Notes: a model not told the origin generated them from the letters alone. DNA of 64,000 nt from an uncultured Armatimonadetes bacterium (GCA_963717145.1 OY970325.1:2112001-2176000), one strand, 5' to 3'. Positions 30,401 through 40,022 are shown, counted from the first letter of the stretch. Numbers and translations: made by a program.

Positions 30401-31288
30401 TGCTTTCAGGCCCAAGCTGTGCTCACAGCCCGCCGAGACAGCCGCGAATCCCGTGTTTGGCGCAGGCACGTTACACTGGCCGTTGTTGTTATATCCCCAG
30501 GCCACAATCGATCCGTCTGCTTTGAGGCCCAAGCTGTGGTCATAGCCCGCCGAAACAGCCGCAAATCCCGTGTTTGGCGAAGGCACGTTGCACTGGCCGA
30601 AGTCGTTCCATCCCCAGGCCACAATCGAGCCGTCCTCTTTGAGGCCAAGGCTGTAGTGATAGCCCGCCGAAACAGCCGCGAATCCCGTGTTGGGCGAAGG
30701 CACGTTGCACTGGCCGTAGGAGTTGCATCCCCAGACCACAATCGAGCCGTCTGCTTTCAGGCCCAAGCTGTGGTCACTTCCCGCCGCGACCGCTACGAAT
30801 CCTGTGTTCGGCGTCGGTACGTTGCACTCGCCCGAGGAGTTTGATCCCCAGGCGACAACGGAGCCGTCTGCCTTAAGTCCCAGGCTGTGCCCACCGCCCG
30901 CCGCGACTGCCGCGAATCCCGTGTTCGGCGAAGGCACGTTGCACTGGCCGTAGTCGTTCCGTCCCCAAGCGACGACAGAGCCGTCTGCCTTGAGTCCTAG
31001 GCTCTGCCCACCGCCCGCCGCGACTGCCGCGAATCCCGTGTTCGGCGAAGGCACGTTGCACACGCCCGAGCCGTTTGATCCCCAGGCCCCGATGGATCCG
31101 TCCGGCTTCAGCCCCAGGCTGTACTTAGAGCCCCCGGCCACTTTGACCACTTTGTCGATCGGGCCAACGACCTGACTTCCCCAGCCGACGATGGAGTCCG
31201 AGCCCGCCCCCCAAACGCAAACAGGAGCCGAAAGCGTGAGGGCGCACAGGCATATCAGGATGACGATGAGTCTGCTGGGTGAACGCAT
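27451..31288 (-). CDS. Secreted RCC1/BLIP-II repeat protein (14 repeats) with C-terminal double-OB-like domain; +1 frameshift near 28366
   Basis: 39-aa repeats AVAAGxxHSLGLKADGSxVAWGxNxxGQCNVPSPNTGF; reading continues as ASPVWSWTVYYNK...GLNSIGLLIRTWGKVT in the 27451-28341 frame. Confidence 0.87.
29570..31190 (-). repeat. About 117-bp coding tandem repeats (RCC1-like)
   Basis: Near-identical units GGCACGTTGCACTGGCCG...CCCCA...GAGCCGTCTGC...AGGCCCAAGCTGTGG. Confidence 0.93.
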
Positions 31289-31368
31289 GTTGTGACTCCT
31301 TGCCTGGCCGCGGATACACGTGCGGTCGGAGATAAGTCATGCCGGGTCGGAGGTGCTGACCCACCGCC

Positions 31369-31397
31369 AGTTTACTACTGCTCACGGCATCTGTCAA
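31369..31397 (-). promoter_or_regulatory. sigma70 promoter of the RCC1 gene
   Basis: TTGACA-N17-TAAACT. Confidence 0.7.
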
Positions 31398-31471
31398 GTA
31401 ATAGGGCGGAAAACAGGTAGAAATACCAGGGGGAGAAGTCAGAAGCCAGGAGTCAGGAGTCAGAATGGGAC

Positions 31472-32785
31472 CTAAGCAGCTTCCCGCGCGGCGGGAAGCC
31501 AGGCGGAGTGGGCCGCGTCCACAATCTGCGGATCGAACTGAGAACCGGCGCCCTGGTGCAGGATCGCGAGCATCTCGGCGGCAGATTTTTCCGACTTGTA
31601 CGACCTCGGCGACGTGATCGCGTCCACCGCATCCGAAACCGCCAGGACTCTCGACAGCAGCGGAATCTCTTCGCCCGCGAGGCCGTCGGGGTAGCCCTGT
31701 CCATCCCATCGCTCGTGATGATGCCCGGCGATCCATGCCAGCTCCGACAGATGGACGATGTTCTTCAGGATGTCCATCGTCAGCGTCGGGTGATTCTTCA
31801 CGCGCGTGAACTCATTCGGGCCGAGCGGCCCCGGCTTGTCGATGATCGAGCGGGGAACCGCGACTTTGCCGGCGTCGTGGAGCAGTCCGGCGAACCGGAC
31901 CTTCAGCACATCGGCGTGCGGGAGTTCCATTGCCTTTGCCAACTCGACTGCATATCTGGCGACGCGCTCCGAGTGGCCGGACGTGAACCCGTGCTTGGCA
32001 TCGATCACCCTGGCGAAGACGGTCAAGACCGTACCCAGGGTGTCGGCGTTCGGCTGGAATATCGGGCCGGTGACGCTCGACTCCAGGCGCTGGATCATCA
32101 CGTGCAGGCTGGTCTCATCGATCAACTGGCGGAAGAACTCCTGGTCCGAGACAACCTTCCGGAACGCGTCGGTGACGTCCTGGTGGACCTCGATCCGCGT
32201 CATGAGTTCCATCATGCGGATGGTCTGGTCGATGGGGGTATCGGGCTGGAACCGGCGATTCATGTCGGCGCTGTCCGCGATCCTGATGAGTTGTGCGCCC
32301 AGAGGGATGTCGTCGGCCGACTTGTGGTATGGGTATCCTGAGCCGTTCCACCACTCATGGTGGTCGGCCACAAATTCGGCGGAGAGTTCGAGCCCCGGGA
32401 TGCCGAGGATGATCTCCTTGCCCCTCTGCGGATGTGAGACGACCTCGGGCTTGGAGGTCTGGCTGTAGAGCGTCGGATAGTTGATTATGTGAGAGAAGCT
32501 GCCCATCCCTCCAACGTCGTGGAGCAGGGCCGCGAAGAATACATCGGAGGTCTGAGCGGGCACGATCTGCTCGGCCATCGAGGCGGCGACAGCGGCGACT
32601 CGCCAGGCGTGGTACAGCCTGGGATCTTCCTGAACGTCGAGTACGAACGAGAGCGCGGCGATCAGATCGCCGAAAAGCCGCGCATTGTCGCCGTCGAACG
32701 GAGATTGGCAGGCGATGGCCGCTTCCTTGGCAGAAGAAGCGGACGCATTCAGGCCGGCGTAACTGAGCCCGGACATCGAGATCAT
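31472..32785 (-). CDS. Tandem HD-GYP cyclic dinucleotide phosphodiesterase
   Basis: LLHDVG...HHEWWNGSGYP and HSERV...LLHDAGK...HHERWDGQGYP. Confidence 0.92.
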   Translation of the reverse strand: MISMSGLSYAGLNASASSAKEAAIACQSPFDGDNARLFGDLIAALSFVLDVQEDPRLYHAWRVAAVAASMAEQIVPAQTSDVFFAALLHDVGGMGSFSHIINYPTLYSQTSKPEVVSHPQRGKEIILGIPGLELSAEFVADHHEWWNGSGYPYHKSADDIPLGAQLIRIADSADMNRRFQPDTPIDQTIRMMELMTRIEVHQDVTDAFRKVVSDQEFFRQLIDETSLHVMIQRLESSVTGPIFQPNADTLGTVLTVFARVIDAKHGFTSGHSERVARYAVELAKAMELPHADVLKVRFAGLLHDAGKVAVPRSIIDKPGPLGPNEFTRVKNHPTLTMDILKNIVHLSELAWIAGHHHERWDGQGYPDGLAGEEIPLLSRVLAVSDAVDAITSPRSYKSEKSAAEMLAILHQGAGSQFDPQIVDAAHSAWLPAAREAA

Positions 32786-33016
32786 GTGTATGCCCCCAAA
32801 CGTGCTGGATACGCATTTTCTATTATCGGCTTCTACATTGAATTGCAGTAGGGGATACCGAGACAAGGAGAAACGATCGCCGCCGAATAATACTATCCCG
32901 GCGTCCACCCACATGACGGGATGAGCCGCCGAAACGGGTAAGAAGGGTACATACTACCATGCCGTGTGCTCGACAGAGCGTTCGGGCATATGCCTGGTTA
33001 CCATTGAGGAGCAAAT

Positions 33017-34057
33017 ATGAAAGCGGTGCGTTTCCCCGAGAACCCGCTGATAACCCCGGCGGATGTGCCACCGACCAGACCTGAGTTCGAGGTCGTCTGC
33101 GTGTTCAACGCGGGAGTGGCGAGATACAAAGATGAGATCATACTCCTGCTGAGGATTGCAGAATGGGCGAAGAGCGACGAACGGGTCGCCCGTGTCCCGG
33201 TGCTCGAGGCTGAAGGGATCTGCATCCGGGAGTTCGACAAGCGAGACCCCTCCTTCGACTTCCGAGACCCGAGAGCCATCACCACGCCCAAAGGCACTCT
33301 GCTCACTTCGATCTCGCACCTGAGGGTCGCCCGAAGCAAGGACGGCATCAACTTCACCGTCGATCCCAAGCCTGCACTGTGGCCGGACAGGGCCTCGGAA
33401 GCATACGGCCTCGAGGATCCGAGGGTCACTGAGATCGACGGAACATACTACATCGCCTACAAGAGCGTGGCCCCTAACGGAATCTGCGTCAGCCTGGCGA
33501 CGACCACGGACTGGCAGACCTTCGAGAAGAGAGGCATCATCTTCGCGCCTGAGAACCTCGACGTGGCCATCTTCCCCGAGAAGATCCGGGGCCGCTACGT
33601 GTCGCTCCATCGGCCCGTACCGCGCATGTTCGGCGCGCCGAACATGTGGGTCGCCTACTCGCCCGATCTCATGTGTTGGGGGGAACACGATTTCCTGATG
33701 GGCATCCGCGAGGATTCGTGGGACAGCGGCCGAATCGGGGCGAGCGCGGTGCCGATCAAGACCGAGCGAGGCTGGCTGGAGATCTACCACGGCTCGACGG
33801 CCGATAACCACTACCACCTCGGCGCACTCCTTCTCGCACCGGATGAGCCTCACGAGATCATCGCGCGAGGTCGAGAGCCGATCCTCAGCCCGGAACAACC
33901 GTACGAGAAGGTGGGTTTCGTGCCGAACGTCGTCTTCTCCTGTGGCGCATACAATGACGGTGACCGGCTGGTGATCTACTACGGCGGCGCGGATACGGTC
34001 ATGGCCGCATGCGAGATCAGCATCAGCGAGTTGCTCGACAGCCTCGTCATAGGTTAA
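33017..34057 (+). CDS. GH130 family glycoside hydrolase/phosphorylase
   Basis: VFNAG, LTSISHLR, GLEDPR, FPEKI.G, HRP, PNVVFSCG, YYGGAD. Confidence 0.93.
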   Translation: MKAVRFPENPLITPADVPPTRPEFEVVCVFNAGVARYKDEIILLLRIAEWAKSDERVARVPVLEAEGICIREFDKRDPSFDFRDPRAITTPKGTLLTSISHLRVARSKDGINFTVDPKPALWPDRASEAYGLEDPRVTEIDGTYYIAYKSVAPNGICVSLATTTDWQTFEKRGIIFAPENLDVAIFPEKIRGRYVSLHRPVPRMFGAPNMWVAYSPDLMCWGEHDFLMGIREDSWDSGRIGASAVPIKTERGWLEIYHGSTADNHYHLGALLLAPDEPHEIIARGREPILSPEQPYEKVGFVPNVVFSCGAYNDGDRLVIYYGGADTVMAACEISISELLDSLVIG

Positions 34058-34073
34058 CATAGGGCAGAATGGA

Positions 34074-34157
34074 TGGGGAATGGTTGATGGTTCATGGTTG
34101 ATGGGGAGGCCAGTCTCCTTCCCCATTAGCCATCAACCATCAACCATTCCCCATTCC
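34074..34157. repeat. Heptamer palindrome, family E
   Basis: GGGGAATGGTTGATGGTTCATGG...CCATCAACCATCAACCATTCCCC. Confidence 0.88.
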
Positions 34158-34172
34158 GCAAGGAGGAAGCAC

Positions 34173-35243
34173 ATGCCAGTCAAGATCGCAATCATCGGCG
34201 CCGGCAAGTTCGGAGAGGTACATCTCAAGACGTTCAAGCAGCTCGAGATGCTGGGAGTCGCCGAGCTTAAGGGCTTCAGCACTGTCAAGCAGAACGAGAT
34301 CGACCTCTACGAGCCGATGTACGGCGTCAAGGGGTACCTCGACTACAAGGAGATGCTGGCAAAGGAAGATATCGACGGCGTCACGGTCGTCACCCCGGAC
34401 TTCCTCCACCGCGAGATAGCCGTCTACGCCGCGAACCAGGGCAAGCATATCCTCTGCGAGAAACCGCTCGATGTCACCGTCGAGGGCTGCACCGAGATGA
34501 TCGAGGCAGCGAAGAGGAACAACGTCTTGCTCGAGGTCGACTTCCACAAGCGTTACGACCCCGATCACTTGGCGGTCGAAGCCGGAGTCCGCGCCGGGAA
34601 GATCGGCGACCCGCTCTACGGCCAGTGCTACATGGAGGACCGCATCGAGGTCCCTGTCGACTGGTTCGCTCACTGGGCGCCGCACGGATCGCCTGTGTGG
34701 TTCCTCGGCAGCCACTTCGTCGACCTCATCCGCTGGATCATCAAGTCGGACGGCGAGTCGGTCTACGCCACCGGGAGCAAGAAGAAGCTGCTCGGCGAGT
34801 TCGGCATCGACATGTACGACTCGGCGAGCGCCAAGGTCGTCTTCAAGAACGGCGCTTCGTTTTCGTTCGACGTCTCGTGGATCATCCCCCGCAAGTTCGA
34901 AGCGATCGTCAACCAGGGCATGCGGATCGTCGGCACGGACGGCCTCTGGGAGGTGGACAGCCAGGACCGCGGCGACCGATCGTGCTCCCAGGACGACGGG
35001 ATGCGCACCTGGAACAACAACTTCATGCGCGAGGAAAAAGACAAGCACGGTCGAACCATATACAGGGGCTACGGCGTCGAGAGCATCGCGGATTTTGCCT
35101 ACAACGTCGAGTTCCTGAAGGATGGCGGGACGCTCGGTGATCTCGCCGGCAAGTATCCCTCAGGCGAGGATGGCCGCGAGGTGACCCGCATCTGCGCGGG
35201 GATTCACAAGAGCATGGAGACCGGCGAGATCATCAGGCTATGA
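34173..35243 (+). CDS. Gfo/Idh/MocA oxidoreductase
   Basis: IAIIGAGKFG, VVTPDFLH, HILCEKPL, SHFVD; AAGGAGG RBS. Confidence 0.93.
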   Translation: MPVKIAIIGAGKFGEVHLKTFKQLEMLGVAELKGFSTVKQNEIDLYEPMYGVKGYLDYKEMLAKEDIDGVTVVTPDFLHREIAVYAANQGKHILCEKPLDVTVEGCTEMIEAAKRNNVLLEVDFHKRYDPDHLAVEAGVRAGKIGDPLYGQCYMEDRIEVPVDWFAHWAPHGSPVWFLGSHFVDLIRWIIKSDGESVYATGSKKKLLGEFGIDMYDSASAKVVFKNGASFSFDVSWIIPRKFEAIVNQGMRIVGTDGLWEVDSQDRGDRSCSQDDGMRTWNNNFMREEKDKHGRTIYRGYGVESIADFAYNVEFLKDGGTLGDLAGKYPSGEDGREVTRICAGIHKSMETGEIIRL

Positions 35244-35248
35244 TTCTG

Positions 35249-35477
35249 AACTGGTCGCATTTTGCGACCAGTTGGGTGTCAGGTTATAAGTATAAATCAT
35301 GCCACGGGTTGGCTGGAGTACATCTTGAGATCACAGAATGTGATCTCAAGTGCCCGGCAGTCAATGCGTTTGAGGTTGCATTCTGCAACCTCAAACCGAA
35401 TCCACTATGGCCAGTTTTGTCCTCCCGTGGAGTCTTTGAGGTCGCATTCTGCGACCTCAAAGACTCCACGGGAGGAC
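35249..35477. repeat. Array of four perfect palindromes with 3-nt centres, related to an internal ORF6N segment
   Basis: 35249-35273, 35324-35350, 35369-35395 and 35419-35477; fifth copy at 35699-35731 inside the gene. Confidence 0.9.
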
Positions 35478-35495
35478 TTCGAACGGAGGCATCTA

Positions 35496-36068
35496 GTGAC
35501 AGAAGCAGAGCAGTCTCTTGTACCTGTTGAGGCAATTGCCGGATTGATCCTTGTGCTCCGTGGACAGAAGGTCATTCTCGACGCGGACTTGGCGCATCTG
35601 TATGGCGTCACCACCAGACGCCTCAATGAGCAGGCAAAGCGCAACCGCGAACGGTTTCCTGACGATTTCGTGTTTCAGCTCAACGATGAGGAGACACAGA
35701 ACTTGATGTCGCATTTTGCGACATCAAGTTCCTCAAGACACGGAGGCCGTCGGAAGAACCCTTGGGCCTTCACAGAACACGGCGCACTGATGGCAGCCAT
35801 GATCTTGAACTCGCCAACCGCAGTCGAAGCAAGCGTCTACGTCGTTCGGGCGTTCATCCGGCTGAGGGAACTGCTCTATACACATGCCGAACTGTCACAC
35901 AAGCTCGCCGAACTGGAATCCCGAGTGGACCACCATGATGACGATATCGCCATGCTGTTGGAGGCGATCCACCAGCTCCTGACCCCGCCCGAGCCGCCCC
36001 CACAGCGGAAGATCGGATACCGTGTAAGAGAACCCGGACGCCGTTACGTAGTGAGCCGCAAGAACTAG
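35496..36068 (+). CDS. ORF6N (KilA-N-like) DNA-binding domain protein
   Basis: LRGQKVILDADLAHLYGVTTRRLNEQAKRN.ERFP.DFVFQL...GGRR..P.AFTEHG; GTG start with GGAGG RBS. Confidence 0.92.
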   Translation: MTEAEQSLVPVEAIAGLILVLRGQKVILDADLAHLYGVTTRRLNEQAKRNRERFPDDFVFQLNDEETQNLMSHFATSSSSRHGGRRKNPWAFTEHGALMAAMILNSPTAVEASVYVVRAFIRLRELLYTHAELSHKLAELESRVDHHDDDIAMLLEAIHQLLTPPEPPPQRKIGYRVREPGRRYVVSRKN

Positions 36069-36080
36069 AGGAGAGAGATC

Positions 36081-37400
36081 ATGCCTGTACCAAGTATCAA
36101 GACCGAGCTTCCCGGGCCGAATGCCCAGAGATTCATCGAAATGTCGCGGCAGTACGAGCCGAATTCGATGTCCGACCAGGTGCCCGCCGTCTGGCAGCGC
36201 GCCGAGGGCGTCGTCGTCGAGGACGTCGACGGCAACACGTTCATCGACTTCACGTCCGGCGTGCTGGTGACCAACATCGGTCACTGCCATCCCAAGCAGG
36301 TGGCGGCGATCCGGGAGCAGGCCGGCGAGGTCATGAACTCCTACGATTTCGTGAATCCCTGGCGGGCTCAGCTCGCGAAGAAGCTCGTCGAGATCACCGC
36401 CGACAACCTCGATAAGGCGTTCATCCTCTCCACAGGCGGCGAGGCGGTTGAAGCAGCGATCAAGGTCGCCCGACGTTACACCGGCAAGTACGAGGTCATC
36501 GCGTTCCACGGCGCGTTCCACGGGCGCACGTACATGGCGATGAGCGTCGGCGGCAAGCAGGGCATCAAACGCGATTTCGGGCCGATGGTGCCCGGCGTAC
36601 TCCATGCGCCGAATGCCTACTGCTATCGGTGCATATTCGACCAGAAGTTTCCCGACTGCAACTACACCTGCCTGCGATACCTCGACCGCCTGATCGAGAC
36701 CGAAAGCACCGGTAACGTCGGCACGCTGATCACCGAGTCGTATCAGGGCGGCGCGGGCTCGATCATCCCGCCGGGCGAGTATATGCAGCGCCTGAAGAAG
36801 TGGTGCGAGGACCGGGACATCCTCTTCATCCTCGACGAGGTTCAGTCGTCGTTCGGCCGCACGGGCAAGATGTTCGCATACGAGCACTGGGGCATCAAGC
36901 CGAACCTGCTGACGCTCGGGAAGGGAATCGGCAGCGGAGTCCCGATCTCGGCGCTCGTCGGCGAATCGAAGATCTTCGACGTCCTGGAGCCGGGCAGCAT
37001 GTCGAGCACCAGCGGCGGCAATCCGCTCTGCTCCCGGGCGGCGCTCACCTCGATTCAGGTCATCGAGGAGGAGAAGCTGGTCGAGAAGTCGAGGAAGTCC
37101 GGCGAGTTGATGCTCGATCGCCTCAACGAAATGATGCGCAAATACGAGATGATCGGAGATGTCCGGAGCATGGGCCTCGTCGCCGGCGTCGAGATCGTGA
37201 AGGACAAGGCGAGCAAGACGCCCGATGCCGCCGCGACGAAGCGGATCACCGAGGAGGCGTTCCGGCGCGGGCTGATCATGATCGCGCCGATCGGGTTCTA
37301 CGGCAACGTCCTGCGCATCGCCCCACCGCTTGTGATCTCAGAGGAGCACCTCAACAAGGGCCTCGACATCATGGAAGATGTGATCAGAAACCTGTCATAA
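36081..37400 (+). CDS. Class III PLP aminotransferase (GabT-like)
   Basis: DVDGN.FIDF, GHCHP, GGEAVEAA.K, FHGRT, ILDEVQSSFGRTG, LGKGIG. Confidence 0.93.
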   Translation: MPVPSIKTELPGPNAQRFIEMSRQYEPNSMSDQVPAVWQRAEGVVVEDVDGNTFIDFTSGVLVTNIGHCHPKQVAAIREQAGEVMNSYDFVNPWRAQLAKKLVEITADNLDKAFILSTGGEAVEAAIKVARRYTGKYEVIAFHGAFHGRTYMAMSVGGKQGIKRDFGPMVPGVLHAPNAYCYRCIFDQKFPDCNYTCLRYLDRLIETESTGNVGTLITESYQGGAGSIIPPGEYMQRLKKWCEDRDILFILDEVQSSFGRTGKMFAYEHWGIKPNLLTLGKGIGSGVPISALVGESKIFDVLEPGSMSSTSGGNPLCSRAALTSIQVIEEEKLVEKSRKSGELMLDRLNEMMRKYEMIGDVRSMGLVAGVEIVKDKASKTPDAAATKRITEEAFRRGLIMIAPIGFYGNVLRIAPPLVISEEHLNKGLDIMEDVIRNLS

Positions 37401-37434
37401 CGCCTGCGGCCGGCGGCATGGAGGAGGCAGACAT

Positions 37435-37878
37435 ATGGCTGGGAGACCGCGGCTTGCGGAACTGTGGCCGAGCTTCGTGGGTTTCATAGGATCGGTGTTG
37501 GTACTGATAGGTCTCTGGAGAAGCTATTGGATATGCTTCGGTGTGGGCCTGATGATAGAACTGGTTTACGGCGTCTGGCTGCTTACTCGACATGAGAAAG
37601 AAGATCCCTTATCTCTATCAGAGAAGGCAAAGTCTGAGATAGGTCCGCTCGGCAAACCGGAGTTCAAGATCTCCCTGGTAGATCCGGGAGAGAGGAAGAG
37701 AGAGGTAATCAGATGTTTGCGCCATCTCTATGAGAGTGGAATAGAAACGACTTTGTCTCTGGTTCGGGATACGCCGAGCGTTCTGGGGATGGCGGTTTCA
37801 AAGGAAGAGGCTGATTTTGTGGCGAGCCGTCTCAGGGAATGTGGCGCACAGATTGATATTGAGAGAGTCCAGGAGTAA
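37435..37878 (+). CDS. Membrane protein with ribosomal L7/L12 C-terminal-like domain
   Basis: Two hydrophobic helices, then LVDPGERKREVIRCLR...TPSVL...SKEEA...LRECGAQI. Confidence 0.7.
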   Translation: MAGRPRLAELWPSFVGFIGSVLVLIGLWRSYWICFGVGLMIELVYGVWLLTRHEKEDPLSLSEKAKSEIGPLGKPEFKISLVDPGERKREVIRCLRHLYESGIETTLSLVRDTPSVLGMAVSKEEADFVASRLRECGAQIDIERVQE

Positions 37879-37881
37879 CCC

Positions 37882-38925
37882 ATGCCTGTACCTGATCTGC
37901 ACGAACGACTCGAGACACTCGATGCATTGGTGGACCCGGCGCACGTGGCCGAGTCCGAGCGGCTGCTGGAGGATGCGCTCCTCTATCGCGAGGTTTCACG
38001 ACTCCCTATGATCGAAGCCAAAGGCGTGGAGGGATGGCCGACGTACCCCTACTCGGAGGCATTCCACGACATCGAGAAGATGCTCATCAACGAGTTGGCC
38101 AGCATCTACGTCGGCGCGAATCTGCGGGACGACCGAATGTACACCATCCGCGCGAACTACGGCGTCGGTGCGATGGCCTCGCTGTTCGGCTGCAAGACCT
38201 CGCTCACGATGAACAACATGCCCTGGTGCGAGGCGCTTTCCGAGCGGGAACTCCTCAGAGCGCTCGACCGGGGCGTCCCGGATGTGACGACCGCCGGTCT
38301 CGGTTCGCGGGTATTCCAGACCGAGCGTTTCTACCTGAGTACGCTGTCGGAGTACCCAAACCTGAGCAAGGCCGTCAAGATCTTCATGTGCGACACTCAG
38401 GGGCCCTTCGATACGGCGCATCTGGTCATGGGTCATCGAATCTACACGGAGATCTACGACAACCCCAACCTGGTGCATCGCCTGCTCGATCTCGTCACAG
38501 AGACCTCCAACCGGTTCACTCATGCGCAGAAGAAGCTCATCGGCGAGGGGAACGAGTGGAGCTTCCACTCCCAGACGAGGGTTCGCGGCGGCATCAGAAT
38601 CTGCGAGGACGCGCCGACGAACATCTCAGGCGACTCATACGTGGAGTTCTGCCGGCCATACAATGAGCGCGCGCTCGCGGAGTTCAGCGGCGGATGGATC
38701 CATTACTGCGGGAACGGCCGCCAGATCCTCCCGCACGTCCTGGATACACCGGGCGTGCTCGGCATCAACTTCGGCAACCCCGAGATGCAGGACCTGGATG
38801 CGCTCTACGAGGTGACCCGCGAGCGGGGAATCGGCATCATAAGCTGGAGCGGACCGTTCACACCGGAGCAGGGCGACCGCATGCGAACCGGCATCAGCCT
38901 GATCGGAAAGCGGGGGAATGGTTGA
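37882..38925 (+). CDS. Uroporphyrinogen decarboxylase/MtaA-CmuA superfamily protein
   Basis: DTQGPFDTA, IYDNP.LVH.LL, ICED, F..PY, IHYCG. Confidence 0.8.
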   Translation: MPVPDLHERLETLDALVDPAHVAESERLLEDALLYREVSRLPMIEAKGVEGWPTYPYSEAFHDIEKMLINELASIYVGANLRDDRMYTIRANYGVGAMASLFGCKTSLTMNNMPWCEALSERELLRALDRGVPDVTTAGLGSRVFQTERFYLSTLSEYPNLSKAVKIFMCDTQGPFDTAHLVMGHRIYTEIYDNPNLVHRLLDLVTETSNRFTHAQKKLIGEGNEWSFHSQTRVRGGIRICEDAPTNISGDSYVEFCRPYNERALAEFSGGWIHYCGNGRQILPHVLDTPGVLGINFGNPEMQDLDALYEVTRERGIGIISWSGPFTPEQGDRMRTGISLIGKRGNG

Positions 38926-39004
38926 TGGTTGATGGTTCATGGTTAATGCGGGACGGGAGCGGTCTCCCATTAACCATGAACCATCAGCCATCAACCATTC
39001 CCCC
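38914..39004. repeat. Heptamer palindrome, family E (supplies the upstream stop codon)
   Basis: GGGGAATGGTTGATGGTTGATGG...CCATCAGCCATCAACCATTCCCCC. Confidence 0.88.
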
Positions 39005-39017
39005 TGAGGGAGCAACC

Positions 39018-39806
39018 GTGGACAACGTCGTCTCGATTCTCGACCGATACTTCTCGCTGTACCTGGGCACCGACCGCCGAACGATCCCTCCCGGCACGGT
39101 CAGGCTCGTCTCGTCGCCGATGCGCGAGATTGAGGACACGTTCTGGGAATACGTCCGCCTCGTCCTCTGCGGAACCGCATTCGACCGAGGCGTCATCTCG
39201 GTCCACCTCGCCCTGCTCGAGGAGGCTCAGAAGCTCGTGCCGCCGGACGCCAAGCCGTCCATCATCTTCGACCCGACGTTCCAGGAGAAGATGATCGCGC
39301 TCACCCGAGAGAAGCTGTCCTATCTGGGAGACATCCAGCCGTTCACCGGTTACGCTTTCTACTGCGCGCCGCAGACCCTCAAGTTCCACCCCAACTATGA
39401 GGTGCGCAGCATACAGCCCGACGACCGCCACAAGTTCATGCTCCTTGCCGGCGACGAGCGGATGCTCAAGTACATGTGGGACAACATCTACTGGTCGGTG
39501 TGCCAGGGGACGGCATACGGGATCCAGCGGCACGGATACTACGTCTCGTTTGCCGCCGAGTACCAGATTCCCTACATGCAGGACGAGGTCGCGGAGGTGC
39601 TGATACTCACCGGCGAGGAGTATCGGGGACGCGGATACGGGAAGTCGTGCGTGTCGGCGGTGACGAAAGCGGTCATGGATCAGTGCCGGGTGCCGCTCTA
39701 TCGCGTGGACGAGCATAACATCGCGTCGGTGCGAACGGCCAAGTCGCTGGGATACCAGGCTTACTCCGAATGGTTCTCATGCAGACTGGTATCAAAGAAT
39801 TCTTGA
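39018..39806 (+). CDS. GNAT family acetyltransferase (C-terminal domain)
   Basis: EEYRGRGYG, NIASVRTAKSLGY; GTG start with GAGGGAG RBS. Confidence 0.82.
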   Translation: MDNVVSILDRYFSLYLGTDRRTIPPGTVRLVSSPMREIEDTFWEYVRLVLCGTAFDRGVISVHLALLEEAQKLVPPDAKPSIIFDPTFQEKMIALTREKLSYLGDIQPFTGYAFYCAPQTLKFHPNYEVRSIQPDDRHKFMLLAGDERMLKYMWDNIYWSVCQGTAYGIQRHGYYVSFAAEYQIPYMQDEVAEVLILTGEEYRGRGYGKSCVSAVTKAVMDQCRVPLYRVDEHNIASVRTAKSLGYQAYSEWFSCRLVSKNS

Positions 39807-39821
39807 GCGGAACGCCCCGAA

Positions 39822-39837
39822 TGGCACGCTTTTTGCA
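39822..39837 (+). promoter_or_regulatory. sigma54 -24/-12 promoter
   Basis: TGGCACGCTTTTTGCA, GG-N10-GC matching the TGGCACG-N4-TTGC consensus. Confidence 0.8.
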
Positions 39838-39847
39838 CTATATGCTT

Positions 39848-39954
39848 ACATACTCTACTCCTTCCATCCTTGCGTGAGGAGTGCAACGCACTCTGATCCG
39901 AGGGCATCTCTAAACGCCCGCGGGTGATCACATCACCTGCGGGCCTTCTTTTTT
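39848..39954 (+). ncRNA. Candidate sigma54-dependent small RNA
   Basis: Lies between the sigma54 promoter and an intrinsic terminator; no ORF; CU-rich 5' part and hairpin GAGTGC-AAC-GCACTC. Confidence 0.55.
39916..39954 (+). terminator. Intrinsic terminator
   Basis: GCCCGCGGGTGAT-CAC-ATCACCTGCGGGC followed by CTTCTTTTTT. Confidence 0.88.
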
Positions 39955-40022
39955 GTTACAGCTCACGATTGTTGATCGCGCAAGCCACGGGCTGTCATTC
40001 TTCGCTCTGTTTCTAAGAAAGC

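Noticed and set aside
29570-31190. Diversity-generating retroelement acting on the RCC1 repeats
   Set aside because: No reverse transcriptase or non-coding template repeat in the window
35249-35477. CRISPR array
   Set aside because: Repeats are non-identical perfect palindromes, spacers vary from 18 to 50 nt, and there are no cas genes
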